Source: a bacterium
GTDB lineage: Bacteria > Zhuqueibacterota > Zhuqueibacteria > Oceanimicrobiales > Oceanimicrobiaceae
Length of the DNA stretch: 31,960 bases
Direction: 5' to 3'
Assembly (NCBI GenBank): GCA_046757525.1
Contig: JBHHYI010000031.1
Coordinates: forward strand, 1-31,960
Shown: positions 1 to 8,678 of the stretch, piece by piece
Position numbering within the stretch: the first letter of the stretch is position 1
Layout of the letters: every line of letters begins with the position of its first letter
The notes under the pieces: model-generated
The model's input: only the letters and a program-made list of their open reading frames with translations
Database searches by the model: none
Told to the model about the DNA's origin: nothing
Made by a program: the position numbers and the translations under genes

Positions 1-33
1 AAAACAATAAACTAAAAACTTAGGAACCAAGAA

Positions 34-1104
34 ATGAAAACTTCTGGTATCCAACTGATTGCAGAATTCATTGGTTGCCGACCCGCAGTTTTGAACGACG
101 AAGTTCTCCTCAAAAACATTTTTTTAGAAGGCATCGAAAGATGCGGCTTTCATCCAGTCACCATCACCGGTCACAAATATGACCCCATCGGCGTAACGGT
201 GGTTTCAATCATTAACGAATCGCACATCGCCATCCACACCTACCCGGAAGCGCACCATGCTTCTATTGACATTTTTCACTGTTCAACGGATTCCCACGGG
301 GTTCTCAGACTATTGGAATTTCTGAAGAGCCAGCTCCAGCCAAAGTCCGTGAGATTCTTGCAAATGTGTCGTGGTAACAAGTTGGAATTGAGCGAAAACA
401 ATGCCATCACCTCTTTCTCGCGACACGGTTTCGAAGTGCGGTATCAGTTCAACAAGAAATTGTATGACGAAAACTCCAGATACCAGAAGATCGAAGTCAT
501 TGAAAACGAAACTTTTGGCAGAATGCTGTTCCTTGATGGCGATTTGCAGATCGCCGAATACGACGTGGAGTTGTACAACCGGGCCATGGTAGCCCCGCTC
601 TTGAACGGTGCTCCGTTGGGGCATGTAGCCATCCTCGGAGGTGGCGACGGTGGCGTGTTGAGCGAACTGCTGAAACACAATCCTGCGCGCGTTTCCCTGG
701 TCGATATCGACGCAGAGGTCGTCGCTGTTTCCAAACGATTTTTCTATGACGTTTGTGGCTACGCTTTTGAGCAGCCTAACGTGCAGGTGATCGTCGACGA
801 CGCCAACAAGTTTTTGCAAACGGTCCACAACCTGGACGCGGTCATCTACGATTTAACCGCAGAACCTGAGCTCTTGACCCGCAAAGACAAGCGCCAGTTT
901 TTACAGGAACTGTGTGTCAGAATCCACAATAGCTTGAAAGGTGGTGGCATTCTGAGCATGCAGTGCTGCTCCAAATTCGATAGTGCTACCCTCCGGGTTT
1001 TCAAAGAGACCGTTGCCGGTTCCTTTAGTGATTTCAGTACACAAACTGTTTTCATCCCTTCCTTTTGTGAGCCGTGGATATTTGCGTCGGCGATTCGCCG
1101 GTAG
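34..1104 (+). CDS. S-adenosylmethionine decarboxylase (SpeD-type) fused to an aminopropyltransferase (spermidine/spermine synthase family)
   Basis: The N-terminal ~115 aa carry the pyruvoyl autocleavage motif ESHIAIHTYPE plus DIFHC. The C-terminal domain has YQKIEVIE..FGRMLFLDG..Q, ILGGGDGG, VDID, DA..F and VIYDLT. AGGA lies upstream of the ATG. Confidence 0.93.
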   Translation: MKTSGIQLIAEFIGCRPAVLNDEVLLKNIFLEGIERCGFHPVTITGHKYDPIGVTVVSIINESHIAIHTYPEAHHASIDIFHCSTDSHGVLRLLEFLKSQLQPKSVRFLQMCRGNKLELSENNAITSFSRHGFEVRYQFNKKLYDENSRYQKIEVIENETFGRMLFLDGDLQIAEYDVELYNRAMVAPLLNGAPLGHVAILGGGDGGVLSELLKHNPARVSLVDIDAEVVAVSKRFFYDVCGYAFEQPNVQVIVDDANKFLQTVHNLDAVIYDLTAEPELLTRKDKRQFLQELCVRIHNSLKGGGILSMQCCSKFDSATLRVFKETVAGSFSDFSTQTVFIPSFCEPWIFASAIRR

Positions 1105-1154
1105 CTTGAGAGCGCTCTTAGGCTTATTTTAGAAATAAACGCTGAATAAACTGC

Positions 1155-1183
1155 TTGCATTTTTTCCCCAAAAAGATTATTTT
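1155..1183 (+). promoter_or_regulatory. Putative sigma70-type promoter for the GMC operon
   Basis: TTGCAT-17 nt-TATTTT in an AT-rich gap ~100 nt upstream of 1282. Confidence 0.4.
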
Positions 1184-1225
1184 TGCAAATTATTTGTAAC
1201 ATTTTGACTTTTTCGTCTTTCACGA

Positions 1226-1268
1226 AAACGCCCCTCGCTGTGCGCAAGGCGGGAGGCGTTTAATTTGT
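1226..1268 (+). terminator. Stem-loop: terminator of the speD fusion or a 5' UTR hairpin
   Basis: AAACGCCCCTCGC pairs with GCGGGAGGCGTTT (one mismatch, one G-U), followed by an AT-rich tail. Confidence 0.4.
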
Positions 1269-1281
1269 ACGCCGGAATTCA

Positions 1282-2859
1282 ATGGGAAAAGAGGGAGAAA
1301 AACAAGCCAAATTTGACGCGGTCGTCATTGGCAGCGGATTTGGCGGTTGCTTGGTGGCCAGGGAATTGGTGAACGCTGGTCAGGAAGTGCTCATGCTGGA
1401 GCGCGGCGACTGGGTGCCGCGCGGGCCGCACAACTGGGCGCCCCGGGGCTCGGTTGATCTGACCCCTTTTTATTCCAGGGAGTCGCCTTATCGCATTTTG
1501 GCCGGTGGCAACAGTTCCACCATGGGCGCCTACACCTGCGTGGGGGGGCCGTCGGTGTTTTACGGCGCGGTTTCCATGCGTTTTCGCGAAGCCGATTTTC
1601 GTTCCGATCCTGAAATCGTAGGCGATTCCGAAGCCCACTGGCCTCTCACCTATGCTGAGTTGGAGCCTTATTACACCCGGGCTGAACAGATTCTCAACAT
1701 CGCCGGCGAAGCCGGACAGGATCCTACCGAACCCTTCCGCAGTGGTCCTTATCCGCAGCAACTCAATGAACTGTCACAGACTTCGCAGATGATCGAAAGG
1801 GCTGCGCGCAGTCTGGCGCTGCGGCCTTTTCGCTTGCCTCTGGCAATTAACTACGCTTCCCAAAACGGTCGTCAAACTTGCGTTTCCTGTACGACTTGCG
1901 ACACCTTCGCCTGCGCCGTAGAGGCCAAAAACGATCTGGCCACCTGTGTAATTCCGCACCTTATCCGCAAAGGTATGAGCCTTAAACCTAAAACGGTGGC
2001 GATTAAGCTGATAGAAAAAAACGGTCGTATCGTTGCAATCCAATGTTTTGACAAAGATTTGGACAAGATAGTGCAGTACCGGGGTAAGAGATTTGTGCTC
2101 AGCGCCGGTTCCATGGCCTCGCCGCACCTGATCCTGGCGTCCAATTTAGAACGCCTGAATCCGGGCGGACATACGGTGGGGCGCTATCTCATGCGCCATT
2201 GCAACGCCATCGCTTTCGGATTCTTCCCCAGGCGTCCCAACAAAGCCAAAGAATTTCACAAGCAACTGGGCATTCAAGATTTCTACTTTGGCCACCCGAC
2301 CATCGGAGACCCGGCCGGAAAGTTGGGCAGCATGCAGCAACTGCAAACACCGCCCATCGGACTGGTGCATACGCTGCTGCCAAAACCTTTAGGCCAAATT
2401 GTTGGACTTGGCGTGGAGAATTTGACCGGGCTGTTGGTCATGGCAGAAGATCAGCCGCAATTTCGCAATCATGTCGCCGTTGACCCGAACACCAGGGATC
2501 GCTTTGGGCTGCCCCAGCTTTTGGTGACCCACTACTACAGCGAACGCGACTACGCCGCGCGTAAGGCCTTGCTCAAGAAAGCCCGGCAGATTCTTCGCAA
2601 AGCTGGCGCCCTGTTTTGTTACGAGCATAAGATCAAAACTTTTTCGCACGCGGTGGGCACGGTACGCATGGGCGACGACCCGAAAAGCTCTGCCCTTGAC
2701 CGCAATTGTCAATTTCGCGGAGTGGAGAATCTTTTTGTCGTCGATGGCAGTTTCATGCCGACTTCTGCCGGCTTGAATCCCAGTCTGACCATTGCCGCCA
2801 ATGCGTTGCGGGTTGGGGAAAAAATCGCACAAGCCACGGTGGAGGCCCAACGCGCATGA
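1282..2859 (+). CDS. GMC-family FAD-dependent oxidoreductase
   Basis: DAVVIGSGFGG dinucleotide motif, VGGPSVFYGA, Cys cluster CVSCTTCDTFAC, and C-terminal HAVGTVRMG, NLFVVDGSFMP and NPSLTIAANALR. Confidence 0.95.
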   Translation: MGKEGEKQAKFDAVVIGSGFGGCLVARELVNAGQEVLMLERGDWVPRGPHNWAPRGSVDLTPFYSRESPYRILAGGNSSTMGAYTCVGGPSVFYGAVSMRFREADFRSDPEIVGDSEAHWPLTYAELEPYYTRAEQILNIAGEAGQDPTEPFRSGPYPQQLNELSQTSQMIERAARSLALRPFRLPLAINYASQNGRQTCVSCTTCDTFACAVEAKNDLATCVIPHLIRKGMSLKPKTVAIKLIEKNGRIVAIQCFDKDLDKIVQYRGKRFVLSAGSMASPHLILASNLERLNPGGHTVGRYLMRHCNAIAFGFFPRRPNKAKEFHKQLGIQDFYFGHPTIGDPAGKLGSMQQLQTPPIGLVHTLLPKPLGQIVGLGVENLTGLLVMAEDQPQFRNHVAVDPNTRDRFGLPQLLVTHYYSERDYAARKALLKKARQILRKAGALFCYEHKIKTFSHAVGTVRMGDDPKSSALDRNCQFRGVENLFVVDGSFMPTSAGLNPSLTIAANALRVGEKIAQATVEAQRA

Positions 2860-3830
2860 GCAGCTTTACAAACAGACCGATCAACTTAGCCTTTCTCGGC
2901 TGCGGCTTCGCTACCCATCTGCACAGTAAGACCCTGTCCGGCTTCAAGAACGAAGTGCGGCGCTTTTACGCCAGCCGCGACCCGGAGAAGGCGGCCCGCT
3001 ACAACCGCAAATACAAGGGCAGTGGCTATTTTGAGTCGTACGCGGCTGCCCTGGCCTCACCTGAAATCGACGTCGTTCTGGTGGCCACGCCGCCAACCCA
3101 GCATTTGGAGTTGACGCAGCAAGCCATGCAGGCCGGCAAGCACGTTATCGTTGAAAAGCCACCGTTCCTGCACTCCGACGATTTCGAGGCAGTTCGAAAG
3201 GTTTGTGAGGAAACAGATCGCCGCGTGTTCATTGCCGAGAACTATTTCTACAAACCGCTGGCGGTCAAACTGCGCGATATCCTCCGTTCGGGCGCCATCG
3301 GCGAGGTGCTCTTCCTGCACGTCAATGCCTTGAAACAGCAGGCCACCGGCAACTGGCGCGACAACGCCGAGCTCGCTGGCGGCGGCGCCCTGTTCGAAGG
3401 CGGCATCCACTGGATCGATTTCCTGGCCAACCTGGGACTCGAGCTCAAAAGCGTGCGAGGAATGCGACCGGCGCCGACCGACGGCCTGGAAAAGAGCATC
3501 TTAGTGGCTCTTGAATACGAAAACGGACCCGTGGGTGCGTTTTATTATTCCTGGGAAGTCCCTTCGCTGTTGAAGGGGTTGAGACTGTCCAAGATCTACG
3601 GTCGCCGGGGCTCTATCACCTTTGAGTCCAACGGCGTTTTTCTTTTTGTGCGCGGAACGCGAAAACGACTCGTGTTTCCCGGACTGAAGGACATTGCGGG
3701 TTACAAAGCCATGTTTCGGGATTTTTTTTGTGCTCTGCGCGAGGATCGGGAACCTGAGTTTGGTCTGAATCTGGCTAAGCAGGATCTTGTGCTCATCGAA
3801 TCAATCTACGAATCACTGAACCAACAATAA
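2856..3830 (+). CDS. Gfo/Idh/MocA family NAD(P)-dependent oxidoreductase
   Basis: The real start is the ATG at 2856, overlapping the upstream stop (ATGA). Motifs: FLGCG, VATPPTQH, GKHVIVEKP, WR..ELAGGGALFEGGIHWID. Confidence 0.93.
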   Translation: MSSFTNRPINLAFLGCGFATHLHSKTLSGFKNEVRRFYASRDPEKAARYNRKYKGSGYFESYAAALASPEIDVVLVATPPTQHLELTQQAMQAGKHVIVEKPPFLHSDDFEAVRKVCEETDRRVFIAENYFYKPLAVKLRDILRSGAIGEVLFLHVNALKQQATGNWRDNAELAGGGALFEGGIHWIDFLANLGLELKSVRGMRPAPTDGLEKSILVALEYENGPVGAFYYSWEVPSLLKGLRLSKIYGRRGSITFESNGVFLFVRGTRKRLVFPGLKDIAGYKAMFRDFFCALREDREPEFGLNLAKQDLVLIESIYESLNQQ

Positions 3831-3851
3831 CATGACGGAGAAAACCATCCT

Positions 3852-4673
3852 ATGAACCTATTGATCGCACTTATTATCGGAGGGCTGGCCGGGTTGCACG
3901 CTTCTACCTGGGGCATGTACAAAGATTCGCCACACGAAGGCTTTACCTGGGGTAAATATTTTCGCAGCACCCTGGTTGCCGGGCTCAGCGCCATAATCGT
4001 GGTGCTGGTCACACGTCTCGATGTAACCACGGCCCCGAATATGGTGGTGCTTTACGGCTTTACCTACGTCATCGAACGCGCGGCCATGGAATTCTACAAG
4101 ACGTTTTTACGCGAAGAGGATCAATCGAAATACTTCATTCCCATGCAGTTCAGCGTTGGTGGCAATGTGGTGAAGAGTCGCGCTGTGCGCTTATCGGTGG
4201 GTGCGGCTTATATGACCGGCGTGTTGCTTGGCGTCTATGGGATTTACTATTTGCAGCGGGTCAATTTAGGGGCAACAGGTCTGGTCGTCGTACTCACAAT
4301 CGGGAGTATTGGCGGCTGGATTTCAGCTTTTGGCGGTGCGTGGAAAGACGCGCCAAAGGAGGGCTTTGAAATCCTCAAATTCTTCCGCAGTCCGGTTATC
4401 GCGCTTTTGTACGCGCTCATGTTGGCCAACTTTACCACCAACTACCTGTTTATCTCCATGGGTGCCCTGGGCTTTACCGTGGGTACCATCGAAACTTACA
4501 AAACGTTTTTCTTTCCCAGCAGGCCACGCGGGAAGTTTGCCGGCAAGGCCATTGCCTTTCCGGAGATGCTCAGAAAGCGCCAATATTTCATTCCTTTGTA
4601 CGTGGGAATCTGGCTGGCGGTAATTACAACGATTATCGTGGCATTTTGGGGGCCGCACCACGGGTTGATTTAG
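3852..4673 (+). CDS. Uncharacterised polytopic membrane protein with an internal duplication
   Basis: GGAG upstream, ~7-8 hydrophobic segments, and two copies of G-x2-KD[SA]PxEGF-x3-K[YF]FRS ... E-x-YKTF. Confidence 0.85.
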   Translation: MNLLIALIIGGLAGLHASTWGMYKDSPHEGFTWGKYFRSTLVAGLSAIIVVLVTRLDVTTAPNMVVLYGFTYVIERAAMEFYKTFLREEDQSKYFIPMQFSVGGNVVKSRAVRLSVGAAYMTGVLLGVYGIYYLQRVNLGATGLVVVLTIGSIGGWISAFGGAWKDAPKEGFEILKFFRSPVIALLYALMLANFTTNYLFISMGALGFTVGTIETYKTFFFPSRPRGKFAGKAIAFPEMLRKRQYFIPLYVGIWLAVITTIIVAFWGPHHGLI

Positions 4674-4780
4674 CTCGCCTGTTCCCACTTTTTGGCCGTA
4701 AAGATTAGTTCTAATAAACTCCGTTCCATGGGACTTCATGCCTCTAAAGTCAGAAATCCAAAATTTGGATAGCATTTTGA

Positions 4781-4809
4781 TTGCATCTGAGTGTTTTTTG
4801 AATTATATT
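4781..4809 (+). promoter_or_regulatory. Putative sigma70-type promoter of thyA-folA
   Basis: TTGCAT-17 nt-TATATT. Confidence 0.55.
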
Positions 4810-4890
4810 TTTTCGTGCGAAACCAACAGCCATTTTTTTTAGCGCGAGACTTGCTTTAGAAATGAGAATAAGCGAGGCCCATTAAACCCC

Positions 4891-5748
4891 ATGCGACCTT
4901 ATTTAGACCTCGTCGAACGGGTCCTGAGCAAAGGCAGTCGAAAATCCAACCGAACGGGCGTGGACACGATTTCTTCCTTCGCCGAATTCTACCGGGTAGA
5001 TTTGACCAACGGCTATCCCCTTTTGACCACCAAAAAAATCAACTTCAACGCCATGCTGCGCGAGGTGTTTTGGTACCTCTCCGGGGCCGACCACATTCGG
5101 GAATTGCAGAAACACACAAAAATTTGGGACGCCTGGGCCGACGCAGAAGGCAATCTCCAGACCGCGTATGGGCGCTACTGGCGGCGCTACCCGGTGCCGC
5201 CAAAGGGCGTGGCCGGCGGTGCCGAGGTTTTTGTGGACGAAAATCACCCACACGTGCACCGAGAGCCCGACGGTTCCCTTTCTTTTGACCAACTGGGCTG
5301 GGCCATCGACGAGCTCAAGCACAATCCGAACTCCCGCCGAATCGTGATAACGGCCTGGCATCCAGCCAATGCGGTGGTCAGCAAACTGCCGCCATGTCAC
5401 TTCTCCTGGGTGCTCAACGTGCAAGGAGATCGTCTGAATTGCCACCTCACGCAACGCAGCGCCGACATCGCCATTGGGATTCCGTTCAACCTGGCCTGCT
5501 ACGCTTTGCTCACCCAGGCCATCGCCCAGGAAGTGGGCCTCAAAGCGGGCGAATTTGCCCACACGCTGGTGGACGCACACATCTATGTCAATCATATTGC
5601 CGGCCTCAAAGAACAGCTCCAACGCCAGCCTTTGCCACTGCCACGCCTAAAAATCGCCAGCAAGCCGTTCAGCCAATTGCGGTTTGAAGATTTTGAGCTA
5701 ATCGGCTACCGACACCACGAACCCCTGAAATTTGAAGTCGCGGTTTGA
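4891..5748 (+). CDS. thyA: Thymidylate synthase
   Basis: NRTG, PLLTTKK, PNSRR, catalytic LPPCH, QRSAD, GIPFN, DAHIY. Confidence 0.97.
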   Translation: MRPYLDLVERVLSKGSRKSNRTGVDTISSFAEFYRVDLTNGYPLLTTKKINFNAMLREVFWYLSGADHIRELQKHTKIWDAWADAEGNLQTAYGRYWRRYPVPPKGVAGGAEVFVDENHPHVHREPDGSLSFDQLGWAIDELKHNPNSRRIVITAWHPANAVVSKLPPCHFSWVLNVQGDRLNCHLTQRSADIAIGIPFNLACYALLTQAIAQEVGLKAGEFAHTLVDAHIYVNHIAGLKEQLQRQPLPLPRLKIASKPFSQLRFEDFELIGYRHHEPLKFEVAV

Positions 5749-6251
5749 TGCCACGTCCTGAGATTGTCATCATTGCCGCCATGGCTGAGAAGAACCGTGT
5801 CATCGGCAAAGAGGGCGAATTGCCCTGGCACCTCTCCGAAGACCTGCGCCGCTTCAAGCAGTTGACTCTGGGCCATGCCGTGCTGATGGGGCGCAAGACT
5901 TTCGAATCGATCGTTCGGCGGCTGGGCAAGCCGTTGCCGGACCGGCGCAACCTGGTGCTGACCAGAAGCAAGTCTTTTCCCAAGCATCCTGAAGTGGAAA
6001 CCTTCCCTTCGATGGCGGCCGCCCTGGAAGCGATCGCAGACAAACCCACCGTGTTTGTCATCGGGGGTGAGACGGTGTTCAAGGAAACGCTCGAACTGGC
6101 CGACCGGCTGGAGCTCACCCTCGTGGCAGGCGACTACCAGGGCGATGCGTTTTTTCCGGAATATGAACCCCTAATAGGAAAGCGCTTTCACCTTGTGGCG
6201 AAAGAGGAAAGAGAGGGGTATCGGTTTGAGAGGTATGAACGGAAGCGGTAA
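5748..6251 (+). CDS. folA: Dihydrofolate reductase
   Basis: TGATG overlap with thyA. Motifs: AAMAEKNRVIG, LPWHLSEDLRRFK, MGRKTFES, PLPDRRN, IGG, GDAFFP. Confidence 0.96.
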   Translation: MPRPEIVIIAAMAEKNRVIGKEGELPWHLSEDLRRFKQLTLGHAVLMGRKTFESIVRRLGKPLPDRRNLVLTRSKSFPKHPEVETFPSMAAALEAIADKPTVFVIGGETVFKETLELADRLELTLVAGDYQGDAFFPEYEPLIGKRFHLVAKEEREGYRFERYERKR

Positions 6252-6541
6252 GCCTGCCTATTTATTTATGCTTGTCCATACGAAAGCGGCGAGAAATTCA
6301 AACAGTGCTGTATGAGCTTGCACGCCTTGAGAAGAATCTGGTTGAAATTCATTCGAAAAATATTTGTCTTTTTTCAGAATAGCTGTGAGATTTGAGGCGA
6401 ATTTCCGGTCTTATTAATAGAGGCAACTGCTCCCTCGGTAACTGCAACCTTTTCCTTACCCTTAGTTTTATTAACATAACGTTTAGTTTTCAGAAGCATT
6501 CGCTTCAATCATCTTAAATCCTGAATGAGGAGGGAATGACT

Positions 6542-8119
6542 ATGAAAGATTTACCTATTGTAGTAGGGAGTAAGCGTAGCCAACTTGCCCTGGGCTGGAT
6601 TGTTTTAATCTCTCTTGGCATTTTTGCCGGCAGGGTTCAGGCTCAAAACGTGGTTCTCAACGAGATTCTTGCAGACCCTGCTCCCGGTTTGGCCGGGGAT
6701 GCCAATGGCGATGGCGTACGCAGTGCCACTGACGACGAGTTCGTGGAAATCGTCAATGTGGGCAATTCCACCGTGGACCTCTCCGGTTGGAAAATCAGCG
6801 ATTCCGTAAAAGACAGGTTCACCTTCCCCTCGGGCACGAGCCTGGACCCCGGGGAATTTGTGGTCGTTTTTGGCGGGGGTACACCGACGGGTATCCCGGG
6901 CCAGGTTTTTACCGTCTCTTCTGGCAACCTTTCGTTGAACAATGGCGGCGACACAGTGACTCTCACAGATGCCGCTGGTGTGGAACAGGACGCGCACACG
7001 TACGGCAGCGAAGGTGGCGACGACCAATCCCTCACACGCGATCCAGATGGCACCGGCCCATTCGTACAACATACGAATGCCACGGGCTCTGCCGGCGCTT
7101 TGTTTTCCCCGGGCACCACCGTAGATGGCAAGACCATGTTGCCGCCGCCTGATCAAACGCCGCCGGATTGTTTTCGCTCAAACATTACCGCAACTGCAAT
7201 CGAAATTACCATTCAAGACCCAGAAAGCGGCCTCTTGAAAATCCAGGTGCTGGGGACGGTCAATGCGCAGGTTGCCATTCCTCTTTTTGCCCAGGGCACC
7301 AACGACCCTGTGGTAGTCGTGGCCACCAAGACAGATCTGAGTCAAAGCGCCACGGTGAAATTGCAGGCCAGCGATGTGGCAGGCAACGCTACCACCTGCA
7401 CCTTTGATTTGCAACTGCGCGTTGCAGTAGACATCAAGCCCAGGCGATGTCCCAATCCACTCAGCGTAGAAAACAACGCGATCCTTTCGGTGGCCATCCT
7501 GGGCAGCAACCAACTGGACGTGCGCGACATTGATCCGTCCACGGTGCGCCTCGCCGGGGCCGCGCCTTTTCGCCATCGCGTCGAAGACCTGAGTACTCCC
7601 GTACCGGAGGGCGAGGCTTGCGATTGCACCACCGAAGGAGCAGACGGTGACAAAGACCTGCACTTGAATTTTGAAACCGAACCCATTATTGCCGCCGTCG
7701 GTTCTGCAAAGAATGGCGACGAAGTAGTGTTGACGCTGACCGGCAAGTTGAAAGATGGCGTTGCCATTGAAGGCAAGGACTGCGTGCTGATCCGGTCGAA
7801 AGGCCTGACCAAACCCGCGGCGTTTGCTGAGAACATACCGTTAGACTACGCACTGCAAGAGAATCATCCCAATCCTTTTAATCCGGAAACCGTCATTCAA
7901 TTTCAGCTTCCTGAGGCTGCCTTTGTCGACTTGAAGGTGCTGAACGTTCTGGGGCAGGTGATTCGTACTCTGGTCGCAAGAAAGGTTGCCGCAGGCGATC
8001 ACCGCGTTCGCTGGGACGGCAAAGACGACGCCGGCAACCCGGTAACCAGCGGCGTCTATTTCTACCACCTCAAGAGCGAAAAATTCAGCCAGGTTAAACG
8101 GATGACTTTGGTGCGGTAG
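6542..8119 (+). CDS. Secreted multidomain protein: lamin-tail domain, two beta-sandwich-like modules and a C-terminal FlgD-Ig/T9SS-like sorting domain
   Basis: GAGGAGG lies 8 nt before ATG 6542 (alternative ATG 6536). Signal peptide ends AQ/N. LTD motifs VVLNEILAD..DEFVEIVN..DLSGWKISD..SLNNGGD..SPG. C-terminus NHPNPFNP..WDGKD..G..V.SGVYFY. Confidence 0.88.
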   Translation: MKDLPIVVGSKRSQLALGWIVLISLGIFAGRVQAQNVVLNEILADPAPGLAGDANGDGVRSATDDEFVEIVNVGNSTVDLSGWKISDSVKDRFTFPSGTSLDPGEFVVVFGGGTPTGIPGQVFTVSSGNLSLNNGGDTVTLTDAAGVEQDAHTYGSEGGDDQSLTRDPDGTGPFVQHTNATGSAGALFSPGTTVDGKTMLPPPDQTPPDCFRSNITATAIEITIQDPESGLLKIQVLGTVNAQVAIPLFAQGTNDPVVVVATKTDLSQSATVKLQASDVAGNATTCTFDLQLRVAVDIKPRRCPNPLSVENNAILSVAILGSNQLDVRDIDPSTVRLAGAAPFRHRVEDLSTPVPEGEACDCTTEGADGDKDLHLNFETEPIIAAVGSAKNGDEVVLTLTGKLKDGVAIEGKDCVLIRSKGLTKPAAFAENIPLDYALQENHPNPFNPETVIQFQLPEAAFVDLKVLNVLGQVIRTLVARKVAAGDHRVRWDGKDDAGNPVTSGVYFYHLKSEKFSQVKRMTLVR

Positions 8120-8296
8120 GCTGCCCTTCCTCACCAGGGCGCAGGTCCGCGGAAGTACTTGTGTTGCTCTCCGACAAAGGTGTGAACCAGCAAAGCGGCC
8201 TCTGCCACCGGCAGGACTTGCAACCCAGCCATGGCGGAGGCCGGTACGCCCTGCCGGGTTCAAAAAATAAGACAATCAGCCTAAGGGTATATTTAC

Positions 8297-8325
8297 TTGA
8301 CTTTACAAAATTTGTTGCTTAAATT
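8297..8325 (+). promoter_or_regulatory. Putative sigma70-type promoter ~600 nt upstream of the PKD gene
   Basis: TTGACT-17 nt-TAAATT in AT-rich context. Confidence 0.5.
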
Positions 8326-8642
8326 TAATATATGTCATCTCTATATTGAAATCTGCTCACCTACCTGCCTATCGCAATCTAAACTCCCGGAAAGTGGATG
8401 ACATGCAGAAAGATAGTTGTTCAGTTTTCCAGTAAGAACCTTGTTTAGACATCTCAGAACTTGACTTGCTCGCCAATCTCAGTGATTAGCTTTTCAGGCT
8501 CGACACGGAGGTCGAGAGTGGCGTGTTGCGCCCGTTTGCGGTTCAGGTGGCTGCCAGGCGGTGCCGGATGAGAGCCGTTTGCCATCTCACAAACAAACAC
8601 CCGTTCCATTCTAAATTATGGCCCGGCCGACAACGTCGAAAG

Positions 8643-8678
8643 TGTCATTACGACGGAGCGTAGCGGAAGAGAAGTCTC
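8643..8678. repeat. Degenerate TGTCAT-type REP-like repeat
   Basis: TGTCATTACGACGGAG matches TGTCATTTGGACGGAG at 13542-13557 at 14/16 positions, and both are followed by GAGAA. Confidence 0.4.

Noticed and set aside
2706..2855. N-terminal extension of the Gfo/Idh/MocA ORF in the track
   Set aside because: It overlaps the GMC gene by 150 nt. The ATGA-coupled start at 2856 directly precedes the Rossmann motif.
8142..8160. CAGGTCCGCGGAAGTA resembling SRP RNA domain IV
   Set aside because: It lacks the GNRA tetraloop and the AGCAG motif, and has no long enclosing helix.
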